A stretch of DNA of 64,000 nucleotides from the human T2T-CHM13v2.0 reference genome, Homo sapiens. The stretch lies in NCBI RefSeq assembly GCF_009914755.1, contig NC_060926.1. One strand, written 5' to 3'. A program made the translations under genes and the position numbers. Shown piece by piece: positions 1-18,900 of the stretch. Below the pieces are notes generated by a model. The model did no database searches, was not told where the DNA came from, and saw only the letters and a list, made by a program, of their open reading frames with translations. Numbering within the stretch: the stretch's first letter is position 1; every line of letters begins with the position of its first letter.

Positions 1-1009
1 ACTGTATTAGCATCTCTGGGAATGGGACCTGGGAAACTCTCCAAGTGAGTCTCATGCATGTTAGAGAACCACTACTTTAGGAAAAGAAACAGTTCCAATC
101 TAAAAGTTGTCAGATAACACACTTTTAGTTAAACATGATTTCCATCATGTGCCGAAACACTGGGAGTCCCTCACACTACTGTATTCATTAGCCTTTGTGA
201 TTATTTTGTATCTGTAAATAAACAACCCTTCCCTTGGCCAGATATTATACAGTATACTTCTACTACTCTATCTATCCTGTTTTGTTTTGTTTTTTGAGAC
301 AGGATCTTACTTTGTTCCAGGCTGGAGTGGGAGCACAGTGGTGCAATCTCAGCTCACCGCAACCTCCGCCTCCTGGGCTACAGTGATCCTCCCACCTCAG
401 TCTCCCAAGGAGCTGGGACCACAGGTACCACCATGAGATCACTCTCAGGATCTCAAATCTCAGTGCAGGTACATAATTTCTTGCCATATCACACTACTAC
501 ATCTTTCCTCTTAACAAATCCGAGCCTTATAAGAAGGAATTATCCTTCCATTATTACATTCAAATGATAAGACCAAACCCAGAAACTCACCATGACAGTC
601 GTAAGGTATTTATTACTCTCTTATAATCTCAAATTTATTATTAAAATGTTTATGCCATTATAGACTTTGGAGACTCTAAGCATTATGTCCCACAACTTTC
701 CATATTGTTCTCTTGTGAAACCCTGAATACCGCCTTTATTTATTCTACTTACTACGTCTTACTGTAACACTGTTTCACCAGTTAATCTGCTTATGCTTCT
801 CTTCTTTAGCAGTATTAAGTTTAAAGCTGTTCTGATTGATTAGCTAGTTCCTTCTAAGAAAACACATTTAGGAGATATACTCCATCCTGCTTCCATATTC
901 TCCTGAACTCAGTGGAAAATGATTATTATACTAACTGTGAACAAAAATATAGACTTTTCTTTCTAAGCTTTTAAATTAATGCTTTTATAATGATGATAAA
1001 TAAAAACTA

Positions 1010-1675
<666 letters not shown>

Positions 1676-2176
1676 ATTTAATTTTTTAAAAAACTTTACT
1701 TGAGGCCACCCTCTGTTTCTTTTGTAAGCAGGAATATAATAAATACTACCATATTGATAAAGTGTTGTTTGCTTTAAATAGATCTGTGATAATCTACTTC
1801 TTAGAAGTGGAAAAAATCAAATCATTCAAATGGACTCAATTATATATTCTGGTGTGAATTATGAGATAATTGACATCAATCAATTTTATGGATAGTATAT
1901 TGACGTTCGTTCTACAAACAGACAAAGAAGTTCTAAGGTAGAGATATTTACAAGGTCTAAGTTGAAAGCCACAATGTAGAACATGGCACTAGAGAAATCA
2001 CAGAATTTAATTTATATTCAAAATGCAGAATATTCTGAAGATATACGTAACTAGCTTAAACTGAGATGTGTAACAAATAAGTGGTTTAAAAAGCAATTTC
2101 TATCCAACCTGGCTTGCACAGCATATCTCAACTCCAAAGAAATAATAAAAGACGGCAATAAAATAAAGTAACATGT

Positions 2177-3133
<957 letters not shown>

Positions 3134-4390
3134 CTAATACGGAATATAAATACCTTATAAATAGTAACATTAAGCTAATATTGTTAAAATCATCAAATAA
3201 GTGATAAAATGGATAATATGAATCTTAATGTAAAAATATAAACTTTGATTCACAGGCTCTGAGGGTTAGGGAAATATATAAACATAAGCTTTGAGAGGAA
3301 GGGTTTGGTTTTAAGATATATAACCACATTCAGAAAATATACTTCTTATTCCTATTTGTTTCTCAAAACTTTCACTAAAGTGACAGTCACTCAGCTTTCG
3401 GAAGTCTGTTTCTCTCTACCAAAATTGGACCAGAAGATGGCACATCAGTGAGAAATGCTTTGATGATTGACTAGAAAATGACTCTAAGTGTTTATAAGCC
3501 CAGTTATATCATCATCATCATCCCCTTTATTTTTCCATTTGCTCAGTTATCTTGTCAGCAACACAGATACTATATAAAATCATTCTACCCTTTTTCGTTT
3601 CCTGGCTCTTCTGTATCATTCTATCCAGCTTCAACAATCTTCAGCTTATTTGGAGCTAATAAACATGCTCACCCAAAGAAAGTGAGGGTTTATGATGTAA
3701 TGTTCTGGTGATACTGTAGGTTTCTTAGGGGAAAGACATCTCATAAATATAAACGAATATGCTTAGAACCCATGGTTGTAATTTGAGATTACAGAAGTTT
3801 CTCACTATGCTTCATTTAACAGTATTAGCAAAGCTTTATGTTTTCATGTCAGTTTTGACACATAAGAATATTACAGCAGTGACTTTTTTTTTCACTTAAC
3901 AAAGAAAACAGTTTAAAAAAAATGAGGCCATTTCTCTCCCTTTTATCATTGACTGGAAGATACGCCATCTTTTTATATTTTACTCCAAAGGGAAGAAGGC
4001 TCATCATAATTGAAATGACCCTATTCTAGGACTATTCTAAAATGCACATATCCACCTCAAAAGATCTCTGGAAACCTAGTCAAATCTCTTTCTCTGACCA
4101 TCATGCCTCACATGGAGCTAATAATGAATGTCTGCAACTGATTGAGGGACTTTAAAAAAGATGGCAGTCCTAGGACAAACTAACTTGCTTTGTTAGGACA
4201 CAACTAATTCCTTTTGTCATTCACTCACTCAACAAGTATTTATTAAGCAGCTATAAATTGCTTCAATCATTCAATAAGTAGACAAAATGTAAAAAATATA
4301 ATAGAGTAAGGAATATTTCTACATTCCCATTTTTTGAGAAATTCCTAGCATGCACTTCACATACAGTTTTATGCATGCAAATGACCTTAC

Positions 4391-4477
4391 CTCTCTTACA
4401 GATAGTTGTGGTGGGAAGGAGACTGAAAATACCAAGCTGGTGAATTCAAACCCAGAGGCCTCAACCTTTTGGCACAC
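4391..4477 (-). CDS. PUS10: PUS10 third coding exon (VCQKVEASGFEFTSLVFSVSFPPQLSVRE); gene continues beyond the left edge
   Basis: Minus strand reads tttttcag|GTGTGC...AGAGAG|gtaagg; 87 nt, phase 0/0, continues the frame of the 6595-6849 exon; peptide recognised as PUS10. Confidence 0.93.
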
Positions 4478-5146
4478 CTGAAAAAGCATTACAATTATGT
4501 AAATTCCCAGGAATTGCTGAAAATATTACTTACCCTAATCTTAATAACATGAATTTCTGGTCCAGGAGATGACATGGCAAAACTTCCAAACTTTCACATT
4601 TGACAGTGGAACACTCACAAATATCTTGAGATTAAATATTGCCTAACTATGACCCTGAAGACTAATACCACAAGGAACCAAAACAGCCAGGAGTAACAGC
4701 TTCAGAATAAACTGTTAAGTGTCAAAATAGCTTTCTATTAGGTCACCCCTAACTTTCAAACAAAATAAACCCAAATATAGCACTCTTGACAGAAAAAACA
4801 AACAAAAGGCAATCCCACATTCAATCATTTACCTTCTACAAGGCTGTACCACTAGTCTTTTCAGGACAATAATAAGGACAACTAGAAATGAACTTTTCTG
4901 TAACTTAGCTATGTTAAACAGCAAAATGAAAACAAACTGCTATATTTTTCTTCAATTAAATAGCACTTATGACTGAAATACATGAATACACATTTTATTA
5001 ATTTTCAGATATGTCAATTAAAAAGTAATTTGAGAAGAGTAGGCTTTTGTTTTTTTTTTTTTAAAAAAAAGAAAATATTTTAATGATCCAATTGTGTGAA
5101 ACAAGTTGAAATGAACGGCAGTGTTCCTTTCAATATAAAAATTCTT

Positions 5147-6525
<1,379 letters not shown>

Positions 6526-6594
6526 AAGAATTCTTGGTTTTAAGACTGAAAATCTCTACATAATTGCACCTATAATGAAAAACAGGTTATTTAC

Positions 6595-6849
6595 CTTTTT
6601 AATGAAATCTTTCTCACAGAATTCTTGAAGAATTCCTAGGCATACATTACATACATTTAAATTTGAGTTCTTGGAAGCAGTGCTTCCAACATGACTAACA
6701 GAGATCCTTCCCTCTCCATTTTGACTTAGATTATCAATACTATCTTCCAGTTCTTGCAGTCGAATTTTCTTGGGAGGTGGGTTCATAACTTCCAAAATTA
6801 ATTCATCTTTTTCAGTTTCCAGAAATTTCTGTAGTTCATTGAGCAACTC
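6595..6849 (-). CDS. PUS10: PUS10 second coding exon (ELLNELQKF...PPPKKIRL...CNVC...KDFIKK)
   Basis: Inside ORF 6556-6954; acceptor ctttccag|GAG, donor AAG|gtaaat; 255 nt, phase 0/0; contains a basic NLS-like PPPKKIRL and a CxxC pair. Confidence 0.95.
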
Positions 6850-8504
6850 CTGGAAAGTTAATGAAAGAAAAAGTAATGACCCACTGACAATGTCCTTAAG
6901 GCTTTCTAGGTAAGATGAAACAAGAAAACATGAGTGAAAATTAGGACATATCACAAATTTTACAATGTTGACATATCAATTCTGAAGCAATCCAGTTATT
7001 AGCCAGCATTGGCTTTTATGGAATTTAAAAGAGAATTACCTATCTCTATTATATATGTGAATACTTTTTCAAAAGAGTTCCATATATCAGTGAAGCAAAA
7101 GTCATAAATCTGAGGAGAAAGGCTCCAATACAAATTTATTAATTTGTAGTTCTGTTGTGAGAGTCATTCATTGCTAATTTCAGTAAAAACAAACTTTAGT
7201 TCTAATGATTAACATATAAAAAGTACAAACTGAATTTCCATCCTTGCTAGGTTATTTAATAACCTCACAATCACTGAAAGCTCACAAGTACAATATTTAT
7301 TTAATATGAAATCTGATCATTAGGGTAGTCTAATAAGTAAAAATAATTTGGAGAAAATTTACTAAGAAAGGTACACAAATGCTGACAATGCTGAAAGTTA
7401 GCATATGATTACAAACCATTTCCATATATTAATTGAAAGCCATGCTCTACTATATTCCAGTTTGCCTAATTTGTCTTGTATTAGAATTTAAAAACCTGCA
7501 TTTCTTTGAAACCATTCTCATATTTCTCTCATTCAGATATTCCTCTCATCAAAATACTCAGAGGATTTTCCTCTGTTTTGTTTAGACATGTTTTATTATG
7601 CCATTGTTGAAAAAGTATATTTTTCAAATTCATTCAGATGACAATTTACTGACTGTAAAGGGAAAAAATCTTTCACTCAAACAAATTTAAATCCATTTTA
7701 TTGAGAAATTAGCTCTCCTGCTTTAACAGAGAAATATACATACATACATACATATACAGGTACATTTTGACTCACACAAATATGTTTGTTGTTACCTAAG
7801 ATCTATAATATAGATATAACATAGTGCATATACAGATGTGCATGTACATACATAGTTACATGAATAGAACAGATCAAAATTTATGAACATTTCCAAAAAG
7901 CTGTCCAAATATTCTTGTATATTGCCTTACATAAAATGAAACAAACGAAAGTTGATAACACTCAGTCTCTTAATATAATATAAATTTAAAACCTAATAAC
8001 ATATAATAGATAATAGGTTACAGTGTGTCTGAAAAAAATGTGTAAGCAGGGTTACACAAAACCAGTCTTATTACTTTACAGTCATATTGTGTATAAATGA
8101 ATATACACATATTTAAATCATCATAGCACAAGTACCATTTCTGGTTTTTTGTTTTTGTTTTTTTAATTTTCAGACGGAGTCTCACACTGTTGCCCAGGCT
8201 AGAGTGCAGTGGCATGATCTCGGCTCACTGCAACCTCCGCACCCCCCACCCCTGGGTTCAAGCAATTCTCCTGCCTCAGCCTCCCAAGTAGCTGGGATCA
8301 CAGGCACCTGCCATGGCGCCCAGCTAATATTTGTATTTTTAGTAGAGACAGGGTTTCATCATCTTGGCCAGGCTGGTCTTGAACCCCTGACCTCGTGATC
8401 CACCCGCCTCGGCCTCCCAAAGTGCTAGGATTACAGGGGTGAGCCACCGCACCCAGCCAATTTCTGGTTTTCAAAGTGTTTCCACGTACTTTATTAGGTA
8501 TTGT

Positions 8505-8800
8505 CCCTTAAAGTCCTGTGAGGTGGGTATTATCATCATTCCCATTTACAGAGGAGTAAACTGAAGCTGGAAAGTGGTGGAACTGGGATTCAAATCCATG
8601 TCTTCTAGTTCCAAATCCTAGGTTTTGAATTCAGTCAGACTGTTCAAATCCTAGCTTGCTCACTTAATAGCTGTGTAACTTTGGGCAGGTTGCTTAACCT
8701 CTCTGTATCTCAGTTTCTTCATCTGAAAATAGAGACAATCATAGTATGTACTTACCTAATCAGTTATTATGAGAATTATATAAGACCTTGACATATAGTA
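8505..8800 (-). mobile_element. MIR fragments
   Basis: cccatttacagaggagtaaactgaag and ctgtgtaactttgggcaggttgcttaacctctctgtatctcagtttcttcatctg are MIR core motifs in opposite orientations. Confidence 0.65.
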
Positions 8801-9598
8801 ATGATAATTGAATATTGTGTATTATTATTGCCAAAATAATAGAAACAACTAATAACATTTTAAAAATAACTGATACTACTAACTCCTGGACAATTTTTTA
8901 AATTATAAGAAACTGTGTGTGTATATGTTGTATACATACTGTTTATAATGTATATATTTACATATGTATTACTATCTGCTTCTAAAAAGAATATCACTTT
9001 TAGAATCAAACATTTCATAAAGATGTTACATATCTTATGCAAAAAAGTGTTATATTAAACCTCAAAGCTCTCTGTATATTACCATAAATGTCAAAGATCT
9101 CTGTATATTACTTTTGTCATTAATAACAGTAATAATGATGATAAGCATTTATTTCTAGAGGATTCCAAATACCTATTTATAAACACAACTGGTAATACAG
9201 AAAATGGGAAAAACAGAAAAAGGCAACCATACCCACAATGCTTCCACATAGTAGGACATGTAAGGAATATTAGCCCCTCCTGGGAGGAAGCAATATTTTG
9301 TGATATTCTGTTTAGATATCCTTTAGGAAACATCTATACAAGTGTTCAAATGCACCAGGGAGTTCCTCCACAAAGATCCCATTACACTAAATGTTAGAAA
9401 GCTAGATATAATCACTTAAGAAGGAACTTACATTTCTGAGACTATTCCAAAATTATGAATATCACTCATTTTATTATAGTTTTTTAATTTAAAAAAGAGT
9501 TATGAATAGATACCTGCCCTCAAAAGTACAAGCATTCATTGTAAAATACAGAGAACCTTCTCTTAATTTGAAAAAAAAAAAAAAAGAAAAGAAAATAC

Positions 9599-9724
9599 CT
9601 TGTATGGAAGTTTGTAAGGTGCATGAAAATCCACACCACAGAATCTGAAGATACATCTTGGACAAGTACCAGTATTGAGCAACAACTGGGCCACATGCTT
9701 GTTTTCCTCAGTCAGTGGGAACAT
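9599..9724 (-). CDS. PUS10: PUS10 first coding exon (MFPLTEENKHVAQLLLNTGTCPRCIFRFCGVDFHAPYKLPYK), tRNA pseudouridine synthase 10
   Basis: ATG at 9724-9722, 42 codons, donor AAG|gtattt; acceptor tttctag| puts the exon start at 9739 (15 nt of 5'UTR); N-terminus recognised as PUS10, with CPRC zinc-ligand pair. Confidence 0.95.
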
Positions 9725-10161
9725 ATTGAATAATTATAACTAGAAAGAAAAGAAGTAAAACTAATGAGCAGCTTCTGCGTTTTACTGTCACAGACAAGTC
9801 ATCATGTTTAGGGATAAAAACTAGCTTTCATTTGAAAAACACTATTGTGTACTCTCTAACCAAGCCCCTTTCATTACACACATATTATAAAATACAAATT
9901 TTAAGGAAGTTCATAAGATGGATCCGGTAAAGGTTTCTAATTGCTAAGGAATTTAGTGTAGCATTTTGGATTATGATAAAATACATCAATATAACTAAGT
10001 TGATCAAAAGAAATAAAAATAATCAAGAATCGTTGCTTCTGAGGAGGGTAATGAAAACAGAGGTACAGGGTGAAATTTTGCTTTTTGTTTTGTACCATTC
10101 AGTATTGTACAAAGTTAATTCATTAAACTTTTCCTGTAAGAAATTAAAAATGAGTTTGCTG

Positions 10162-11490
<1,329 letters not shown>

Positions 11491-11580
11491 ACTAGACAAA
11501 AAAATCTGATCAGTCTACCTTATATAATACTGGACTACCCTTAATGATAGCTTAGCGGCCAACTATTTAAAACAAATTGA

Positions 11581-12250
<670 letters not shown>

Positions 12251-13058
12251 ACCTTCAACAAAAACAAATTAACTACAAAATATTTGACAGCAACTGTTTG
12301 CTTAAATTGCCAATTTTTGCAATTTAAATAAACTCACAAAAAAATACTATATAGAGAATGAAGGCAAATCTGTCTCCTGTTACCGGGAAGGAGGGGGTAC
12401 TAAAAATTCAAACAACCTAATTTGTTCAGCAAAACAAGATCTTCTAATTAGTGAAACAGTTCATATTACCTTAAAATGATCAACTGCCCATATTTTAGAA
12501 AATAATCATTGCATGGCAATCTTATGGCATGCTGTAACTGTGGTCATAAAGATGAACGACAGTGGCATCTTTTAATTTGTGCAGTTTCATAATTCAAATG
12601 AACTTGCTTAAAATTTGTGGAAGGGTGAAGCTCCTCCCAACAGCTTAGTATAAAGACGTGATTCTTCTAGTCTGCGTTTTCCAAACCTCTAAAACTTCCT
12701 ACTTACTTGCAAGTTGCTAAATGTTTGGGGCCACTTACCAAGATTCTTGCACAAAATAATGAGGAAGACAGGCATATAGTTACATAGAACTCTTCACCAT
12801 AAAAATCAGTTCAGCAGCCAGGACTACTAAAAACAGATTGCCTCTGGCTGAATTCTAATTCAGGGGAATATGTGAGTCAGCAGAGGGAAGAAAATCAGGC
12901 TTGTATGGACACACCATACAAGCTGACAAGGTGACAACTTTGAAACACCAGAATTGAGAAACGCATAGTTAGGGTTGCCTAAGTAAATTTGGGCTCCAGG
13001 GTATTTTCAAGAAAGAAAACAGAATATGTGGAAAACAGCCTCTAAATAATGAAGATCT

Positions 13059-13578
<520 letters not shown>

Positions 13579-15312
13579 TCATTACTATTTACTAGTGATC
13601 TGGATCCCTTTTCCCAGCCCATTTAATCTACTTTGATGCAGAGAAGAGATCGGATGCTGTGAGGGGCGAATATAAGCATTTACAGTGCATCTCTGACTAC
13701 ATACACAGAGAAACTGTTTCTGTTTCACCTGTTACTCTAAGTTATTTTTTCTCCATTAGTTAAGGTCAAGAATTTTACTTAATTCAGAAGTAACATTTAA
13801 CTCAAAAAGAGACAGAAGAAATACACCCTCTTCCAATAAATCAATAAGCACTTTAAAAGGACACTTAATGAAGATTTCCCTCGATACTTAAATAGCTATA
13901 TTAAAATTTATTTTATTTTCCATGGCTAGAAGACAATGTTTATTTTTCCAGTAAGTTCACAAGAACAAAGGTATCATGCAAAGTAAATAAATGACACATT
14001 ACAATCTCCTGGCTCTGAGAAGTTCCCAAACCTGATTGATGAGAATTACAAAACTTCCAGTCCTGAGTAATTTGAAGAGGTCTAAAAATAGACCCCAAAA
14101 AAGACCTCTTTTGAATGTGTGTTAATAAACGAGCTATGAATTTACAAACCTCTCAACATCATTTTCACCTACCAACAATTTATCAACTTCTCAAGAATGT
14201 TAACATTAAAAGGAGAAAATACGTTACGTCTTAAATTTGGTTTTTTCATCGTGAGATAATTAAATGCCAGGATTTCATAAGATATTAGAAATCGGTTGTC
14301 CATATTAGATTTATTATGTTTGAAAGCAAGCCCTGAGAAAGGCATTCCACAATGTAAGTTTTCCAGTGTTGGTTACCCTCAAGATGTTTGCTTTTCGTTT
14401 ATGTGTTTGTTTTATAGAAATAACTCTGTAACAAGTTGCTACAAAGCCGCCTTTCATGTGTCAGGCTCCCTAGGAGGACTGAATCCCTCCTCCCCAAATC
14501 AAGGATAACTAGCCCAGTCTCTGGCTTACTGGAGGAGAGGAAGGACTTTATTTTCACCTCTTGGACGATTACAAAAACCAGTCATCGAAAACGAGAAAAG
14601 GGGCAGGGTATAAGAAAAACTAGCGAAATGACCAGACTGAGTCTCATATCCTAAGATCTTTTAAAACTCATTTCCCTACCGAAGGGTGTCATTCGTAACG
14701 CGGCGTGGGGCTGGGGGTGTGGATTTACGGAGAAAGAGGTGATCACACTTCACTGGGCTTCTGAAACATTCAGCTCTGGAATCTACTGTGGACTCTTGAA
14801 AAGTTCATCCCGAGATCTAACCTCAAGCCTCAGTTTTCGCCAAGCAAGCCCTTCCCCCTTCGGTCAGGTGCAACAAACTTCCCACTCACCCCTCCTTTGC
14901 TAACAAAGCCGCTCCAGCAGGAGAGAAACGAACTCTCTCCCGCCACACCTCTTTTGCACCCAGTCTGCACTCCTTCACCTCTTACCTACCCGCCTCACCT
15001 TCTCCCCAGACGCCGGAGCCTGAGATTTAACCCCTTCCGGCCCTCGAAGGGAAGAGGGAAGACTAAAGACAACGCACCTATTGCGTCTAGCAATTCTGTT
15101 CCCCGAGGAAACGTGGGTTTTAGAACAAAAGTACCAGCCCGCTCTCGCTAGGACTAAGTGAGCTTCTCCCTTCTTGTTTGTAGAGGAAATCCGAAAAACT
15201 GCCTGGTTTGCCACCTCACCCTACCTCCCCCACGAGCGAAGGAGTGCGTGCGGCTTTACTCCCAGCCCGACTGGTCCACTCCCAGAAAAGCCTCGGTGGG
15301 ACTCCGACGTCT

Positions 15313-15326
15313 AGGGAGTTGTAGCC
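15313..15326 (-). promoter_or_regulatory. ZNF143/THAP11-type motif (CTACAACTCCC)
   Basis: Plus strand gggagttgtag = reverse complement ctacaactccc, matching the ACTACAnnTCCC motif commonly found at bidirectional promoters. Confidence 0.5.
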
Positions 15327-15600
15327 GCTACCAGAAATATCGATGAGCCTTTACCCTGAGGTTTAGAACGGCAGCTCTTTCTGGGGCAAATACAAAGAGC
15401 GTGTTTCTTCCTACAAATTAGTGGCATCCTCCCGCTGTATGGATTCAGCTGGCAAAGTAACTCAAGCCTTGTCCTGACTGCAAGGGTGGGCGGGGTGGAC
15501 GGCTCGGTGTTCTGCCCGTTGTGTCTTACGCTCCAGGTGCTGGTCTACGCGGGCCTGGACAGTCAGGGGTAGGAGCGGGAGCCGAGAGGAGGCGGAGGAG

Positions 15601-15692
15601 ATGGCGTCCCAGCCGCCACCTCCCCCCAAACCCTGGGAGACCCGCCGAATTCCGGGAGCCGGACCGGGACCAGGACCGGGCCCCACTTTCCA
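15601..15692 (+). CDS. PEX13: PEX13 exon 1 coding part (MASQPPPPPKPWETRRIPGAGPGPGPGPTFQ)
   Basis: Strong Kozak gagATGG; KPWE motif; donor CA|gtgagt; 92 nt. Confidence 0.97.
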
Positions 15693-15848
15693 GTGAGTGT
15701 GGGATTCTTCAGGCTGTGAGTTTAGTGGGCCCGAGCGGGGACTTGGCAGGAGGCGGTTGTAGCGGTTGTTAGTGGAGGTATTCCCTTCCCCCCTTTAACC
15801 AATACCCAACCTTGGGGATAGGGGCCGAGGTGGAGCTGGGGCGCTTAC

Positions 15849-16100
15849 CAGTGGGGACTTTAGTGTCTCACAGCTGTTTCTGACCCGGCAGCTCTAATCA
15901 GCAACGTTTTTTTCGGGAGCTCCTGGGCGTCTCTCTGGGTCTCTGTGCTTGAAAGAAAGGGGGGCGGCTTCCTACCTACCGCTTCTGTTTTCACTTTGAC
16001 AGAATGGCTTCTCTATCTTTAAAGCGTAGACTTTGGTCTGTAGCAGTTGAGAGCGGCATTTGTCCAGCCACGGCATCGACAGGGAGCAAAGTCTCTCCTT
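15849..16100 (-). other. PUS10: Probable non-coding first exon of PUS10, inside PEX13 intron 1 (5' end approximate)
   Basis: Strong minus-strand donor CTG|GTAAGC at 15849/15848 in the CpG island; the ATG exon starts with an acceptor, so an upstream exon must exist. The TSS is not determinable from sequence. Confidence 0.6.
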
Positions 16101-18900
16101 AAAGGTGTTAACCTCTCGAGAAGTTGCTGAAAGCCGGAAAGGTTTTACGCAACAGGAACTCAAGCCCCGTACACTTTGCATTCTTTTCCAGCATAACTCA
16201 GCCAGTGTTTCGGATCGAGATTGGAGAAGCAACTTTAAAGCAGGAGTTCTAGATCTCAGGCCTATGGATGGACTTTGTGTGCAAAATAGTGTATTTTTCT
16301 GAGGCCTGTATTTTTTTTTGTTTGGTTTTTAATCAGTATCAGTTGGTTTCTAGGACTTTAAAAAGGCTAAAACATGCAGAGTTGGGAGTGTTTCGTGGCC
16401 TCGTGTGGCTTTTGTTTGGTAGTGCTGGACATCTTAATTCAGATAGGTGTGATTCAAATGTCAAATCACCTACTATTGTAGGTTTTCCTAAGCGTAAAAA
16501 CCCCAACATATTGGAATGTATTTCTGCTGTATTCTGAAATCTTTTATTTAAACACTAAAATGCTTTAACACAGTAACGACTTAGTTTAATAAGGATATAT
16601 ACATAACAAGTAATAAGTTTGATTAGGCTGGTAAGCCACGGTGACATTATCTGCTACCTTTTTTTTGAGTGGGTTCTTTTTTCCCCATTTAGGCTGCTTG
16701 TCGAATGAGAGAGGTTTTATTTTTTGCATCTGTTAAAGTTCTTTTTATGTAAAATTAACCATTTTCCCACTTTATCGTGAAATATTTTAAACACAGAGAC
16801 CAGTAGAGAGTAAGATAATACCTATATATTCACTACTCAACTTTAAACAATGTTAACATTTGCCAGACTTATGTCGAATTTTTCAAAATAAAAGACGGCT
16901 AAACTCTCCCATTCTTCTTTATAGTGGTGACTATTGTCCTTATTTGGTGTTTCGCATACCCAGTAATGTTTTTATATTTTAGTACTTAGGTTTGTGCTAT
17001 TTATATGCATTTTATATCTAAAACTTAACAATGTAACAATAATATATATTTTATATCTAATTACATGTTACTATTTATATATTATTTTTTGTATCTGTTT
17101 TTGTTTTTTCTGTTGCCCAATTTTCTATTGGCTTTATCTTTGCTTACCAATTTGTAAGAGTATTGTTAAACTAATCCTTTTTTGTTACTACATTTTGCTA
17201 ATATTTTTCACTGTGTGGCTTCTCCTCTTTATATTTATGTTCAATTTTTTGTGCAGATGTTTTTGATTTTAATACAGCCAAAATTGTCATATTTTATTGT
17301 TTATGCTTTTTGTCTTGGTTAAGAAATCCTGTCTACCTAGATCAGGACAGTTTTTCTGTATGTTTTCTTTTAAATCTTCCGGTTTTTTCATTTGCATTTA
17401 ATCCACATGGAACTGACTTTGTATAAAAATCTAATTTTTTTTTCCATATAGGTAACTAATTGTCGCAGCACCATTTATTGAGTAGTCTATTCTTAGTTTT
17501 TAATGCCATCTATGTCATATCAAGGTTTCCTAAATATGTAGTTCTGTTTTGGGCATTTTCTGACTTTCTACTAGCACCACACTATCTTAATTACAGAATT
17601 TTATAAGTCTTGATATGTAGTATGTCAAGAGTTTCCACACATTGCTGTTCTTTGTAATTGCGCTCTTTACACTTAGTCCTTTATAAAAAGACTTACTGGG
17701 ATTTTTATTGGAACTGAGCTGAATTTATGGATCAAGTAAGTTTTTATTCCATGAATATTGTATAAGCTACAATTGGTGGGAATTTATCTTTTTGCCTTAA
17801 ATATCTTATAATTATCCACTTTGGGAGACTGGGCGGGCAGATCACGAGGTCAGGAGATCGAGACCATCCTGGCTAACTCGGAGAAACCCCGTCTCTACTA
17901 AAAATACAAAAAAACATTAGCTGGGTGCGGTGGCGGGCGCCTGTAGTCCCAGCTAATCAGGAGGCTGAGGCAGGAGAATGGCGTGAACCCACGAGGCGGA
18001 GCTTGCAGTGAGCCAAGATCACGCCACTGCACTGCAGCCTGGGCAACAGAGGGAGACTCCATCTCAAACAACAACAACAACAAAAAACTTATAATTACCT
18101 CCATGAAATTTTTTTCCATATTTTATTTTTTATTCCTAGATTATTTTTGCTGTAGTAGTTGCAAATGGGCTTTCTTTTTTCCTTTTACATTTTCCAGTTG
18201 GTTATTAACTGGTATGGCAGAATGCTATTGATTTTTTTTAATGTAAATATTATGTACAGCATAATCTCAAACTCTTAATTAGTTCTGATGGTTTGGTTGA
18301 AATTCTCTTTAGTTTTGTGTAGCCAGTTCTGTCATTTACAGATAAGCTAGCATCCTTGTATTGGTCCTGACTTCCACTGGAGTGCTTCTGAAGTTTTACT
18401 GTTAAATGTGAAGTTTGCTTTTTGTTTTTGATAGATATCTTGTCAAAATTCTCTCTCTCTACCTTGCTCAGATTTATTTTATTTTATTTTTATTTCATTT
18501 TTATTTTTGTTTGAGATGGAGTCTCACTGTGTCTCCCAGGCTGGAGTGCAGAGACGCAATCTTGGCTCATGGCAACCTCTACCTCCTGGGTTCAAGTGAT
18601 TCTCCTGCCTCAGTCTCCCGGACAGTTGAGACTACAGGCGCGTGCCACTCCGCCCAGCTAATTTTTGTATTTTTAATAGAGATGGGGTTTCACTATGTTG
18701 GCCAGGCTGGTCTTGAACTCCTGACCTCAGGTGATCTGCCCACCTAGGCCTCCCAAAGTGCTGAGATTACAGGTGTGAGTCACTATGCCCAGCCCTTACC
18801 TTGCTCAGATTTTTATTGTGAAGAAATATTAAATTTTATGAATGGCTTTTCTGCATCTGTTGAGACCATTGTATGTATTTTCGCTTTAGTATGAAAATGT

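Larger units (their letters stand above)
14690..16220. promoter_or_regulatory. CpG island / shared bidirectional promoter of PUS10 and PEX13
   Basis: High GC and CpG density relative to the flanks; GC box gggcgggg near 15488-15495; CCAAT at 15799-15803; contains PEX13 exon 1. Confidence 0.85.

Noticed and set aside
15478-15600. 41 open codons in frame upstream of the PEX13 ATG, starting at CTG
   Set aside because: GC-rich sequence is often open by chance, the TSS may lie downstream of the CTG, and the ATG has a strong Kozak context.
16994-17266. Hydrophobic 90-aa ORF (similar one at 24535-24855)
   Set aside because: Product of T-rich, degraded antisense L1-like or low-complexity sequence.
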